Below are positions 10,312 to 20,389 of a stretch of 64,000 nt of DNA, in pieces. The stretch's first letter is position 1, and each line of letters starts with the position of its first letter. Source of the DNA: an uncultured Planctomycetota bacterium (GTDB taxonomy: Bacteria; Planctomycetota; Planctomycetia; Isosphaerales; Isosphaeraceae); NCBI GenBank assembly GCA_963823665.1, contig CAWGMQ010000006.1, forward strand, positions 352,001 through 416,000, read 5' to 3'. The notes under the pieces are model-generated. The model was not told the origin of the DNA, did no database searches, and saw nothing but the letters and a program-made list of their open reading frames with translations. The position numbers and the translations under genes were made by a program.

Positions 10312-11046
10312 TCACGCGGCTGGCTCAGCGTGCCCGAGGGACATCACGGCGTCGCGCAACTCGCGGCAGATATGCGTCCTTGATTCCTTGGTGGGCTTCA
10401 GGTGCGCATAGACGCGCGGCGCGCCAATCGTCAGTCGGACCGCCTTGGGCCGGGGAAACCACGCGCCCTTCGGCAGGGCGGAATGCGTGCCGGCCAGGTG
10501 ACACGGGATGACGGGAATATCGCGGTCCGCCGCCAGGAAGGCGACGCCCGGCTTGAAATCGCCAGGCTCGAAGCCGTCGGTGCGCGTCCCCTCGGGGAAC
10601 AGGATCAGAATGGTGCCCGGCTTCTCTTCCAGTAGCTGGGCGCACTCTCTCAAACTTTGCCAGCAAGCGAACTGTCGATCGAACGGCAACACGTTGACGA
10701 TCAGCTTGGCGAGGAAGGACAACACAGGATTCACGCAAAAGTACTCTGACGCGGCGACCGGAAACGTCCGGTGCAACTGGCGGACGGGCAGCGCCGACAA
10801 CAGGCAGAGCGTATCGAGGTGACTGGCATGATTCGCGACCAGAATAAGCGAGCGATCCGCCGGCAGGTTCTGGCGGCCGACGATCGTGAGCCTGTTGTAG
10901 CCGTGCAGCCAGGCGCGCATCACCACCGCCGCCAGCGAGCGCACCCCACGGACCAGCACACCTGGCTCGTGCCAGAAGTCTCGCAGGGCATGCCCTCGCG
11001 CCGAATCGACGCCGTCCGCCAATTCAAGTAATAGCTGTTCCATCAC
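10312..11046 (-). CDS. Lysophospholipid (1-acyl-G3P) acyltransferase
   Basis: ANHASHLD, FPEGTR and FKPG PlsC-family motifs. Confidence 0.9.
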   Translation of the reverse strand: MMEQLLLELADGVDSARGHALRDFWHEPGVLVRGVRSLAAVVMRAWLHGYNRLTIVGRQNLPADRSLILVANHASHLDTLCLLSALPVRQLHRTFPVAASEYFCVNPVLSFLAKLIVNVLPFDRQFACWQSLRECAQLLEEKPGTILILFPEGTRTDGFEPGDFKPGVAFLAADRDIPVIPCHLAGTHSALPKGAWFPRPKAVRLTIGAPRVYAHLKPTKESRTHICRELRDAVMSLGHAEPAA

Positions 11047-11098
11047 CCGTTCATTTCAATTTTCGCTTTCACAGCTTGATTCCAACTCGCCGCGAATA

Positions 11099-12055
11099 TC
11101 ACGCCGACGGACTGAGATCGTGGTAATAGCGCACGTAATGGAAGAATAAGGGCGCCACATAGATCAAGCTGTCGATGCGATCCAGGACGCCACCGTGGCC
11201 TGGAATCAGCCTCCCCATATCTTTGATCCCCAGGTCACGCTTGAAGACGCTGACGACGAGGTCTCCTAACTGCCCCCCGACGCCGACGATCAAGCCGGCG
11301 AGGAGACAGTCCCACTTGTTGAAATCCGGGAAAGTGGGGAGCAATATCCAAGGCAGGAGGAGTGAAACCGCCAATCCACCGGCGGCGCCTTCCCAGGTTT
11401 TCTTCGGGCTGATGTTGCTGCGGAGGGGGTGCCGGCCGAACAACTTGCCGAAGGCATAGGCGGCAATGTCATTCAACTCAACAGCGAGTACCAGATAGCC
11501 CAGGTAACTGTAGGCGTGGGCGGAATTGGCCAGAAACGACACGTGCCCGAACATCCAGCCGAAATAGACGAAGCCGACGATGGCCAGGGCGAGCAACGGA
11601 AGCTGGCCCTGGCCTCGGTTGCGAACGACCGGTATCACCAGGATTGCGGCGATCACGAACACGGGCAGTGCCATGAACAGAGCGTACCAGCCCGGTTTGC
11701 CGTCGGATGGATCGCTCATCCAGCAGACGACGCCGATGGCGATGATTCCCGAATAGACCGTGGCGGTGATGATCCGATCGTGGTACAGCGCGGTGGCGCG
11801 GGCAAACTCTCGGAAACCAAAAATAGCCACGACGGTCAGGAAGACGATGGCGGCTTCGCGCCCGAGAAAAAAGCCGAGGATGAGCAGCGGCACCATGAAA
11901 AGCCAGCCGCAGTACGCTTTCCAGGCATGCCCAACGTTGGCACGTAAGCCCCATTTCAGCACTGCGAGGATGAGGCCGCCACCAATGATCAACCCGGCGG
12001 CCAGCGCCAGGTAGAACCGAAAAACTGGACTTTGACCCGCCAGAATGGGCGACAT
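11099..12055 (-). CDS. Phosphatidate cytidylyltransferase (YnbB/CdsA-like)
   Basis: SPKKTWEG; GDLVVSVFKRDLGIKDMGRLIPGHGGVLDRIDS. Confidence 0.92.
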   Translation of the reverse strand: MSPILAGQSPVFRFYLALAAGLIIGGGLILAVLKWGLRANVGHAWKAYCGWLFMVPLLILGFFLGREAAIVFLTVVAIFGFREFARATALYHDRIITATVYSGIIAIGVVCWMSDPSDGKPGWYALFMALPVFVIAAILVIPVVRNRGQGQLPLLALAIVGFVYFGWMFGHVSFLANSAHAYSYLGYLVLAVELNDIAAYAFGKLFGRHPLRSNISPKKTWEGAAGGLAVSLLLPWILLPTFPDFNKWDCLLAGLIVGVGGQLGDLVVSVFKRDLGIKDMGRLIPGHGGVLDRIDSLIYVAPLFFHYVRYYHDLSPSA

Positions 12056-12082
12056 CGTTCCGTCCTCTGGCGGTTATTCCGG

Positions 12083-12760
12083 TTATTCCGCCGCGGACAG
12101 TTTCGGTTCCTCCTTCTTGATAACATTAATAATCTTTACTAACCGTATACATATGGTCTGTACGCAGCCGAGGAGGATTGTCAATAAAGTCCAATCGAGG
12201 ACCGTCAAGCCGCCGTAGTGAATCGTGGTGTCTCCCCACCAGGACAACCCAAGCGTGATCCATGCGCCGACGTGGAGCGCGACCATGCGCCACGGCTTTG
12301 CCATCCATCCGCTGAACTCGCGCTGGACGCCGACCGCCTGGCCAAGCGTGCCTACATAAGCCACCAGAAGCGCGAGCATCGCGACCCAGTAGCCACAGAG
12401 CGGATGGCAAAGATTGCTGTGCGCGACACCGACGAAAATGAGCACGTCGGAAATGCGATCGGGCAATTCGTTGGCGATTTCACCGGTACGGCTGGCCTTG
12501 CCAGAGGCCAGTGCGACCATGCCGTCGAGCATGTTGAGCCAGAGCCGAAGGTAGCAGAATCCCACGGCCAGGATCAACAAGGCTGGCAGTGCACCTGCCT
12601 GCCAGAAGCACAAACCCGCTGCGGCCGCCGCCACGATCGAGGAGTAGGAAACCAAGTTGGGATGGATGCCCATCCGCACAGACCATCGGACGGAGGCATG
12701 GGCCGTTTTTCGAAAACTCTGGGCGATCGGCCGTCGCCAGGCGGATTGGTAAGCGGTCAT
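12083..12760 (-). CDS. CDP-alcohol phosphatidyltransferase (YnbA-like)
   Basis: NMLDGMVA...GEIANELPDRISD motif; ATG at 12760. Confidence 0.88.
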   Translation of the reverse strand: MTAYQSAWRRPIAQSFRKTAHASVRWSVRMGIHPNLVSYSSIVAAAAAGLCFWQAGALPALLILAVGFCYLRLWLNMLDGMVALASGKASRTGEIANELPDRISDVLIFVGVAHSNLCHPLCGYWVAMLALLVAYVGTLGQAVGVQREFSGWMAKPWRMVALHVGAWITLGLSWWGDTTIHYGGLTVLDWTLLTILLGCVQTICIRLVKIINVIKKEEPKLSAAE

Positions 12761-13091
12761 GGATTTCACCTTCCGTGGATGATCTCGCCGACTCAACAGG
12801 GCGATACACGACCGCGCGGAAAAACGCAAGGTCATTTGTTGTCGTCCGCGTTCTCTCGCGTCCAGCCTCGCCGTGCTTGGAACTCAGCAGTTGGTCAAGG
12901 GGAGTGCCACATAACCCGCGGTAAGAACACAATACCATTTGCTTTTCTCTCGACGCTCTGCGTAGGATAACGAGTCTGATCTGGAGGTCGACATGAGCTG
13001 GGCGCTCGTCGATTCCCGGTGAGTATTCAAACTGTCGGATGACAAATCGAAGGGCACCCCGGCTTTGCCGGGTGGTCCGTCGCGGAGTAAG

Positions 13092-13140
13092 CCGGCATGG
13101 TTGAGGACCCGAGGGTCCTCAACCATGCCGGTTTTTTTTT
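13092..13140 (+). terminator. Perfect 19-bp inverted repeat plus T9 tract (intrinsic terminator or attenuator)
   Basis: CCGGCATGGTTGAGGACCC-GA-GGGTCCTCAACCATGCCGG-TTTTTTTTT. Confidence 0.85.
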
Positions 13141-13381
13141 GTCCCACTCCGCGTGTCGCATTTCCACGAACGTTTCGTCCATGGATGTTTAACAAAGAGG
13201 AACCCGATCATGATAGACAAGAACTCCGTCGGCGCATAACACGCGCTTGACCCTGCGGGAAGGCTGCGCTCGGCTCACGACCGAAGACTTCGACCGATTC
13301 GACCTCGAGCGCGAAACAACGATATGAACCAGGATTTTCATCTGGCGACGATGGCCCGAGTTTTACTGCGAGGAGTTCACG

Positions 13382-14035
13382 ATGAAGACGGACAGACAGT
13401 TGCAGAAGGATGTCATGGACGAGCTCAAGTGGGAGCCAAGAGTCACCGCGGCCGAGATCGGCGTATCCGCCGCCGACGGGGTCGTGACGCTCAACGGCAC
13501 CGTCCCGACCTACGCCGAGAAATGGGCCGCCGAACGGGCGGCTCAGCGGGTGGAAGGCGTCAAGGTGATCGCCGATGACATCCAGATCAAGCCCAGCGGC
13601 GCCCATACCAGGAGCGACACGGAGATCGCAACGTGCGCAGCCGCGTCCCTGAAGTCGCATGTCTGGGTGCCGACCGACATCAAGGCCACAGTGCGGGACG
13701 GATGGGTGACATTGACGGGGGTGGTGAACTGGGAGTTCCAGCAGAGGGCGGCGACCGACTCCGTTCGCTTTCTGGCCGGCGTAAAAGGCGTGATGAACGA
13801 CATCTTCGTGAAACCGTCGGCCCGGCCGGACGCCGTCAAGGACGCGATCGAGAAGGCTTTGGTCAGAAACGCCGAGATCGACGCCCAGAACGTCAAAGTG
13901 GCGACAGCAGGCGGGGCAGTGACCTTGTCCGGCAGCGTCCGGTCATGGGGCGAGAGATACCAGGCCGCGGCGACCGCCTGGAACGCCCCGGGTGTTGATA
14001 GCGTGCAAAACGACATTAACGTCGCGCGCGTGTAA
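13382..14035 (+). CDS. BON-domain (OsmY-like) protein, three BON domains
   Basis: DGVVTLNGTV...AERAAQRVEGVKVI; GWVTLTGVV; VTLSGSVRSW...APGVDSVQND; GAGGAG RBS. Confidence 0.92.
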   Translation: MKTDRQLQKDVMDELKWEPRVTAAEIGVSAADGVVTLNGTVPTYAEKWAAERAAQRVEGVKVIADDIQIKPSGAHTRSDTEIATCAAASLKSHVWVPTDIKATVRDGWVTLTGVVNWEFQQRAATDSVRFLAGVKGVMNDIFVKPSARPDAVKDAIEKALVRNAEIDAQNVKVATAGGAVTLSGSVRSWGERYQAAATAWNAPGVDSVQNDINVARV

Positions 14036-14151
14036 GGAGCTTGTGCGATTTGAGTTCGATTTACCGTTGCGCCGAAATGCGCGCCGGCCGGTACTGCTCT
14101 GAGCCTGCTGTTACCCTCAGGCGACTACAACCTCCTACGAAAGGCGATTAC

Positions 14152-14409
14152 ATGCACGCAACCTCATTCCGCAAACTCGTTCAGGCATATGACGTGTGGA
14201 CCCCCGTCGCCTTTTCGGCCATTCTCACCGTGATCACGCTGGTGACGTACGTTGCCAGTGGCCTGTCAGACGCGTGGATCGTCCCGTTCGTTGCCTTTCA
14301 GCCGATCATGTTCGCGTACGTGGCCTTCTCGCAGCGGCAAGATCGCCGGCACATCAAGATGCTGGAAGCACGATTGCCTCATCTGAGTGCTAACGAATTG
14401 GCCCCCTGA
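14152..14409 (+). CDS. Small membrane hypothetical protein
   Basis: Two TM-like segments. Confidence 0.5.
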   Translation: MHATSFRKLVQAYDVWTPVAFSAILTVITLVTYVASGLSDAWIVPFVAFQPIMFAYVAFSQRQDRRHIKMLEARLPHLSANELAP

Positions 14410-14439
14410 CCCGACGCCCGGCGTGTTGCCTCCGTTAAA

Positions 14440-14596
14440 CGTGTCGCATTACGAAACCCAGTTGAAAAACTGCAAGCTGATCTTGGTCGCCCACGGGACG
14501 TCCGAAGAAGTGGAACGCGCCAAGGACATCTTGGATCGGTCCACGGCAATTTCAGCCACGGTTCATGGCGCGGAGCTGGCGAAAGTCGGCGCGTGA
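14440..14596 (+). pseudogene. C-terminal remnant of a general-stress/DUF1269-like membrane protein
   Basis: YETQLKNCKLILVAHGTSEEVERAKDIL resembles that family's C-terminus; no N-terminus. Confidence 0.45.
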
Positions 14597-14638
14597 TCGA
14601 ACGGCAAAGGCTTAACACAAACCGAGAGGGTCCAAGCC

Positions 14639-14860
14639 ATGAAAGAAATCCAGGTTACCTTTCCCGAACTCGCGCTCCTGGTCGGCACCCGTGCGGCCTT
14701 GGGCGCGGGGCTGGGCCTCTTGCTGGCGGGTCGTCTGACCGGGAACGTGCGCAAGGCCGTGGGGGTGACTCTCCTCATGGTCGGCGCAGTGACCACTGTT
14801 CCACTCGCGTTCGAGATGCTCGGTAAGGTCAGCACACGTGACCCGGTGTGGCGGCCATAG
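14639..14860 (+). CDS. Small membrane hypothetical protein
   Basis: ELALLVGTRAALGAGLGLLLA...VGVTLLMVGAVTTVPLA; GAGG RBS. Confidence 0.65.
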   Translation: MKEIQVTFPELALLVGTRAALGAGLGLLLAGRLTGNVRKAVGVTLLMVGAVTTVPLAFEMLGKVSTRDPVWRP

Positions 14861-15837
14861 TCTGCGACCACACATGGCGAGCGGCTCATCGTTTGCGTTT
14901 GATTCACCGCCGGCCCGACGCCGCGGAGCCGCAACTCGAGACACCGTGAATCTAGTTGGACAAAGCGATTCGAGATGACGACTTGAAGACAGCCGGGAAG
15001 CATTTGATGGCGGCCGCGGATCTTATGCGCAACGCCGCTCAATCCGCCAACCTCGAGTATGGTTCGGAAGCCTACGACATCTACGACGGATACGCGCCGT
15101 ATGGCTACTGGGATGAAACGATCGTCTTCGAAAAGAGCAAGCTCGAGTCGAACTTGAACACGATCAAGACCGAGCTCGACAAGCTCGCCACCAAGCTGGG
15201 AGCGAGCCAGTAGTCTCCTTGAACCCGCTCACCGAGCTGAATATCGGGCTGGGTGAGCGATTCCGTTGCAATTCGACCCGCCTCCACTCCCGCCCGCCAT
15301 TGCAAAAAGAGGGAAGTGCTCCAGGTTTTCGTTTACGGGCATTCCGCAGTCTATTACTGCTGGCCGCTCTGGGCGGCGGGCTGAGACTGCGGAGTCCGAC
15401 TGTCCCGAGATCAGTGGATTATCCTGCTCAAGTTCATTTGGCGGTCAGGTGCCAGTTTTCCAGGTTCAAGCCAGGCACCCGGCTGAACTCTGCGGTATTG
15501 GCGGTGACGAGTGTAAGACTGGCAGAGCGGGCATGACCGGCCAATGCACGTCGTAGTATTGGCAACAATCACCCCAGAATCGGAGCCGGCGGAACTCGCC
15601 CTTGGGTTGGACGCGCGAAGGCCTGGCGGTTCCTGGCAGACGCGCTTGAAACCGCCAGGCGCCTGGTTTCATCTCGCAGGCTTGGTATCAGTGAATGGCG
15701 GATCGGTGTCACAGAAGAAAAACAATTGGATACGACCACCTGTCATGCCGCGGACCGTGACCTCTGTGTTTACGGCACTTCTCCAAAAGTCTGCGGGCAC
15801 CTTCGTGCTGGTTTTTTTGTTACCAATCCATATAAGA

Positions 15838-16067
15838 GGATTTTCTGAGGCATGACTCCGGTGTCCGATGGCGGCTTGCTGCATGATCTTGCCGAAGCTA
15901 ATCTGACACTACCTGGTGAAACGGACTCGGGCTCTGCGGGGACGCAACCCGAGGAGGGATAATCAGGTCGACGGTGCGCCGAGGGTGCATCAGGCCCCTG
16001 GTGGTGAAAGCCATCGGGGGTCTTTCCTTGATGCCATCGGACACCGGAGTCATGCCTCAGAAAATCC
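15838..16067. mobile_element. 230-bp element with perfect 35-bp terminal inverted repeats (MITE/REPIN-like)
   Basis: GGATTTTCTGAGGCATGACTCCGGTGTCCGATGGC (15838-15872) and its exact reverse complement (16033-16067). Confidence 0.6.
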
Positions 16068-16386
16068 ACCCAAATTCTGGTATTCGGGATGCCAGAACAC
16101 CGTTGAAGTGCATGGGCTTCGAGGTTGTCAGCCCCGTCCTTCTATCCGCGCATTGGAGAAGAGCCGCATCTACATCTCGTCGGTCTGAGGCGGAGCCTCG
16201 TTAGATGTCTACCGTTCTTCTGCAACCGTTCACGGCCTCACAGTGGGCAGTTCCCGCACCTTCTTTTCTGACCTGAACCTGCGACTTGGCGGCAACGTGC
16301 GAGTTGGCGGCGCCGAGCGACAGAGTTTCCGTCCCCTCCCAGTTTCCGTCCTGTAGTCTGAACAAACCGGAGTGCAAAGAATCAAT

Positions 16387-17607
16387 TCACGGAAACGCCC
16401 GTTTGCCGTTCAACATCCAGCCGATCGGAGTGTAGCGGACGAACACGAGGTAAGTCGCGAAGCAGAACAGGAAAGTTCCACTTAATGTTATGAGCAGCTT
16501 CACCACCAGGACGAGAGGAGTCTCGGCCAGTATGGTTTGCAGAAAGATCACGACAGGGAGATGAACAAGATAGATCCAGTACGAGGCATCCGACACGAGT
16601 CGAAGCACCGGACTGCGGCGCGACAGGTAGCGCTGCCCGGTCAACAGTGCGAGCAGAGTCAATAGCGCAGCGAGATACACCGTCAACACTCCTTCGACAA
16701 CTTGCCAGGGAAGGCTCAGGTGTTTCATTTCTCCTGTTTCGAAAATTGATGGGTCGAGTTTAGGCAGGAGCATATAATACGGGAGAAACAGCACGAGACC
16801 TATCACGGCAATTCCCCCGATCCAGGGCCTCAGCGGCGCAAGGGACGCTTCACGACCAAAAAGCCGCCACCCTGCCCAGTAGAAGAGTCCGTAGAACAGG
16901 AACGGCCAGAACTGGGGAATGAACGATTCCGGCGCGGGGATCCCGATTCCAGCAAGCAGGAGGCCGGGTAACAGCGCCACTGGGGCGAGCGCCAACAGCC
17001 AGGGGCGGCAGAAGAACCAGTCCAAATTCGGCCCGCGGAATCGCGACAAGACAACTGTCAGGGCGGCGAACAGGATCAGGTAATACAGAAACCAAAGGTG
17101 CATGGTGGTCCAGGGCTGGCTCCGGTTAGCTTGGGGATTCTCCTTCGCCGCCTTGACGATGACGCCCATTAATCCCAAGGGATGGCACAGGTAAAACATG
17201 GCGAACACGGTCACCCCGATCAAAAGCGCCAGGAGGAGCGGGTAGAAGAGAACGAACGGGCACGCGATTCGGACGGTGCGGTTCCAGACAAAGCTCTTCA
17301 GTCCCTTGCGGGTGATCATCAGCCGAGCAAAGTACCCGGAAATCAGAAAGAACAACCCCATCCGAAACAGATGAATGAAATTGAAAGACGCATCCACCAG
17401 GACACTCGATTGCGGGTCGGTTACCAGCCAGACGATCTGGGTGGGATTCGCGTAAGCCACGGCACCATGAAGGAACACGCCCAACAGCATCGCCAGGGCG
17501 CGCAAGTTGTCCAGATAATGGATCCGGTCGGTCGCGTGGCTGGATGCGGCGGCGGCCGGAGTGAGAGTTTCCAGTGCGGGGGAGCTGATCTGGATTACCG
17601 ACATCAT
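16387..17607 (-). CDS. Acyltransferase family 3 (OpgC/MdoC-like) membrane protein
   Basis: RIHYLDNLRALAMLLGVFLH, HLFRMGLFFLISGYF, HLWFLYYL, SYWIYLVHLP. Confidence 0.9.
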   Translation of the reverse strand: MMSVIQISSPALETLTPAAAASSHATDRIHYLDNLRALAMLLGVFLHGAVAYANPTQIVWLVTDPQSSVLVDASFNFIHLFRMGLFFLISGYFARLMITRKGLKSFVWNRTVRIACPFVLFYPLLLALLIGVTVFAMFYLCHPLGLMGVIVKAAKENPQANRSQPWTTMHLWFLYYLILFAALTVVLSRFRGPNLDWFFCRPWLLALAPVALLPGLLLAGIGIPAPESFIPQFWPFLFYGLFYWAGWRLFGREASLAPLRPWIGGIAVIGLVLFLPYYMLLPKLDPSIFETGEMKHLSLPWQVVEGVLTVYLAALLTLLALLTGQRYLSRRSPVLRLVSDASYWIYLVHLPVVIFLQTILAETPLVLVVKLLITLSGTFLFCFATYLVFVRYTPIGWMLNGKRAFP

Positions 17608-17735
17608 TGAAGCCTTCTGGAAGACGACGCGCGTTTTAAAAGAGGACAGTTCTGGACAGTCTGTGTTTGCACTGCCAGTTTGCGGAGGGAAATGAGCGCA
17701 ATCGAAAGGGACAGTCCGCTCGCTCAAGACGCTGC

Positions 17736-18410
17736 TCACACCAGATCGCGTTTGCGCGTCTGCACCGCCAGGGCCATTGCAAGCGCCGCGACAATGATCC
17801 CCAGCTCGATGCACATGATCTCCATGCTCAGCGGGCTGAATCGCAGCAAATCGCTCTTCGACATTTCTTCGACTTCAGGCACCTGCAAAAGTTTCATCAG
17901 AAACACGTTGAGAAACACATTGCAGGCCACCATGACGCACACGGTCCAACCTACCGATTCCGAGATAACTGCCGTTACCAGTTGCACGGTATACGCCGCG
18001 AGCAATTCGAGAAACACCACGACCAGCATGGGAATCGCACCAACGTGGCCCCACGGCAGCGCGGCCGTCAGGACGATGGAACAGGCGAACATCGTGGACC
18101 ATGGGATCAGGAACGTGGTCAAGACGACGGCGATCTTGGCGACGGAATAATCGAGCAGGCTGACAGGCAGGCTGAGGATGAAGGCCCGCGTCTGATCATT
18201 CCCCTCCGACAGGAGCAGTTCCCCGAGCAGGTGCATGCCCGACCCGATCGCCACTGTCAGGATCAGGACGAACCCGATGAAGGCGAAGGTCGGATGCGGA
18301 ACAACACCGATCGCCGAACACGCAATCCCCGCGGCAAGGTATGCGAAGAGCGGGCGGCGACTCAGGTACAAGTCTTTCAGAAACAGAATGCTGATTGCCT
18401 GAGTGTTCAT
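17736..18410 (-). CDS. ABC-2 type permease
   Basis: About six TM segments; FILSLPVS...YSVAK; overlaps the ATPase stop. Confidence 0.8.
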   Translation of the reverse strand: MNTQAISILFLKDLYLSRRPLFAYLAAGIACSAIGVVPHPTFAFIGFVLILTVAIGSGMHLLGELLLSEGNDQTRAFILSLPVSLLDYSVAKIAVVLTTFLIPWSTMFACSIVLTAALPWGHVGAIPMLVVVFLELLAAYTVQLVTAVISESVGWTVCVMVACNVFLNVFLMKLLQVPEVEEMSKSDLLRFSPLSMEIMCIELGIIVAALAMALAVQTRKRDLV

Positions 18411-19337
18411 GACGAAGCCTCCTCGCGTCCACGCATGACAAGACTGACAAAGATCTCCTCCAGCGTCATTCGCTCGACTCCCTCAAGAATCGCGCCGGAC
18501 CCCTGAAGCGATTCCAGCACTCCCTGGTCAAAGTGGTCCAGCGATAGCACCCGTTGGCTGCGGAAATGAGATTCCAGTCGGATCCCCGGCAACGCGGGAA
18601 CCTGCCACTCGGCGGGGGCCTGCAGGCGAACTGCGCCGCCACTGTTCCAGGAGCTCATCCCGTGCCCGCGAGGCGATCACGCGGCCGCGATCGATGAAGG
18701 TGATCGAATCGCTGAGCTTCTCGACGTCCTGTGTATTGTGGGACGAGAATAAAATCGTACGATCTTCATCCTCGACGACGCGCATCAGCTCGGTGATGAC
18801 TTCGTGCCGGGCCACGGGATCGAGCCCCGTGGTCGGCTCGTCCAGGATCAAAATGCGCGGCCGCCGCGCGAGAATCAGCAGCAGCAAGGCCTTGACACGT
18901 TGCCCGTGCGAGAGCCCCTTTACGCGTTGTTCGGGATTCAGTCCAAATCGGTCCAGCAGTTGTCGAGCGTAGGCGTCATCCCAATTGGGATAGACCGAGC
19001 GCACGAACTGCAGATGCCAGCCGATGGTTTCCCGTTTGTATAAGCGCATGTCTTCCGAGTAATAGCCGATCTGCTGCTTGACGGTGGCTTGGTGGGACGA
19101 AATCGGCTGTCCCAGCACAGAGACGGCGCCGGAATCGGGAGTGACCAGTCCCATCATGATCCGCATCGTCGTCGATTTGCCCGCGCCATTGGGCCCGATC
19201 AGCCCGGCCACTGATCCTTGGGGAAAATCGAGCGAAATGTCGGAGAGCATGAAATGAGGATAACGCTTGGAAACGTGCGATAAAGAGATCGCCAGTTCTG
19301 TTTGCTCACTGACAGCGACACTCGTGGGATGGTTCAT
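18407..19337 (-). CDS. ABC transporter ATP-binding protein (frameshift near 18640)
   Basis: GPNGAGKST, LSHGQ, LILDEPT, SSH; C-terminal MTLEEIFVSL in another frame. Confidence 0.88.
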
Positions 19338-19358
19338 GAATAACCTCGTTGCGATAGT

Positions 19359-19754
19359 TCAATGGCCACGTTGCGATTGTTCGATGGCCACTGTCAGGCG
19401 TTTCTGCAATTCGGCTTTGGAAAGCCCCAGCAGCGACCCCAGGTCGGCCGCGATGGCCAGGTGAGATTCCAGCTCGCGGACATGAATCGTCGCCTGCAGA
19501 TCGGGACGATCGGCCACGACGGAACCCTTTCCCTGCCGGGTTGTGATGACCCCGTCTCTTTCCAGTTCCAGATACGCTCGTTTGATCGTGATGACGCTAA
19601 CCTGCAGCTCGGACGCCAACTGACGAATCGAGGGAAGCTCTGTCCCGGCCGGCAGATCCCCCACCGCCACCCGCCGCCGCACCTGTTCCATCACCTGAAG
19701 ATAAAGGGGCCGCGGATCGGTTTGAGAAATCACGATCCAACTGTGATTAGTCAT
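19359..19754 (-). CDS. GntR-family (YtrA-like) transcriptional regulator
   Basis: PLYLQVMEQV...ELPSIRQLASELQVSVITIKRAYLELE...GKGS. Confidence 0.92.
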   Translation of the reverse strand: MTNHSWIVISQTDPRPLYLQVMEQVRRRVAVGDLPAGTELPSIRQLASELQVSVITIKRAYLELERDGVITTRQGKGSVVADRPDLQATIHVRELESHLAIAADLGSLLGLSKAELQKRLTVAIEQSQRGH

Positions 19755-19772
19755 ATACACAGTATACACAGT
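19755..19772 (-). promoter_or_regulatory. Probable GntR autoregulatory operator (tandem ACTGTGTAT)
   Basis: ACTGTGTATACTGTGTAT abuts the start codon on the minus strand; AT-rich patch in a GC-rich background. Confidence 0.5.
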
Positions 19773-19960
19773 AGCGCGGGATCGTCAAGTCTGTTTTTAC
19801 CCGGGCGGCCAAAGAGGTCGTAGAGCTTATGGAGGCGATCGTTCGGGCGCGAACCTCCGCCAAGGAAGTGCGGTCGTCGGGAGGCGGATTTTCTGGCATG
19901 ATGTTCTTGGTTCATGGGAACAAACTCGGCACCGCCGCCGCTCGGAAGTGGAACACAAGA

Positions 19961-20347
19961 ATGCAAGCATCGGTATTTATTGCGCAGCTCTTGGGGCCGA
20001 TGTTCGTCGTCGCCGGAGTCGCTTTTCTGGTCAAGCCGCAAATGATTCGAACCATCTTGCCGGAATTTATCCGCAGCCCGACCTGGCTCTATCTGGCCGG
20101 CTTCATGGGCTTGCTCGTCGGCATGGCGCTGGTGCTGACTCATCGTGTCTGGGCGCTGGACTGGCGGCTCATGATCACTGTCATTGGTTGGCTCACGCTT
20201 GTGCGCGCGCTGATTACCATTTTCCAACCGCAATGGATCGTCGCGGCCGGCAATGCGATGCTCGCGCATCGCGGGATCTACGTCGGTGCCGCCGTGACCG
20301 AATTGATCATCGGCCTGGTCTTGAGCTACTTCGGCTACGCGTCGTAA
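19961..20347 (+). CDS. Four-TM hypothetical membrane protein
   Basis: 128-aa hydrophobic ORF. Confidence 0.7.
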   Translation: MQASVFIAQLLGPMFVVAGVAFLVKPQMIRTILPEFIRSPTWLYLAGFMGLLVGMALVLTHRVWALDWRLMITVIGWLTLVRALITIFQPQWIVAAGNAMLAHRGIYVGAAVTELIIGLVLSYFGYAS

Positions 20348-20389
20348 TCGCCTCTCGCGACCCGCGGACTCCTACCCTGTCTCGTCCCG

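Noticed and set aside
15838..16067. Complete retron, group II intron or hammerhead ribozyme
   Set aside because: No RT gene nearby, no domain V, and no CUGAnGA core; retained only as an unassigned structured element.
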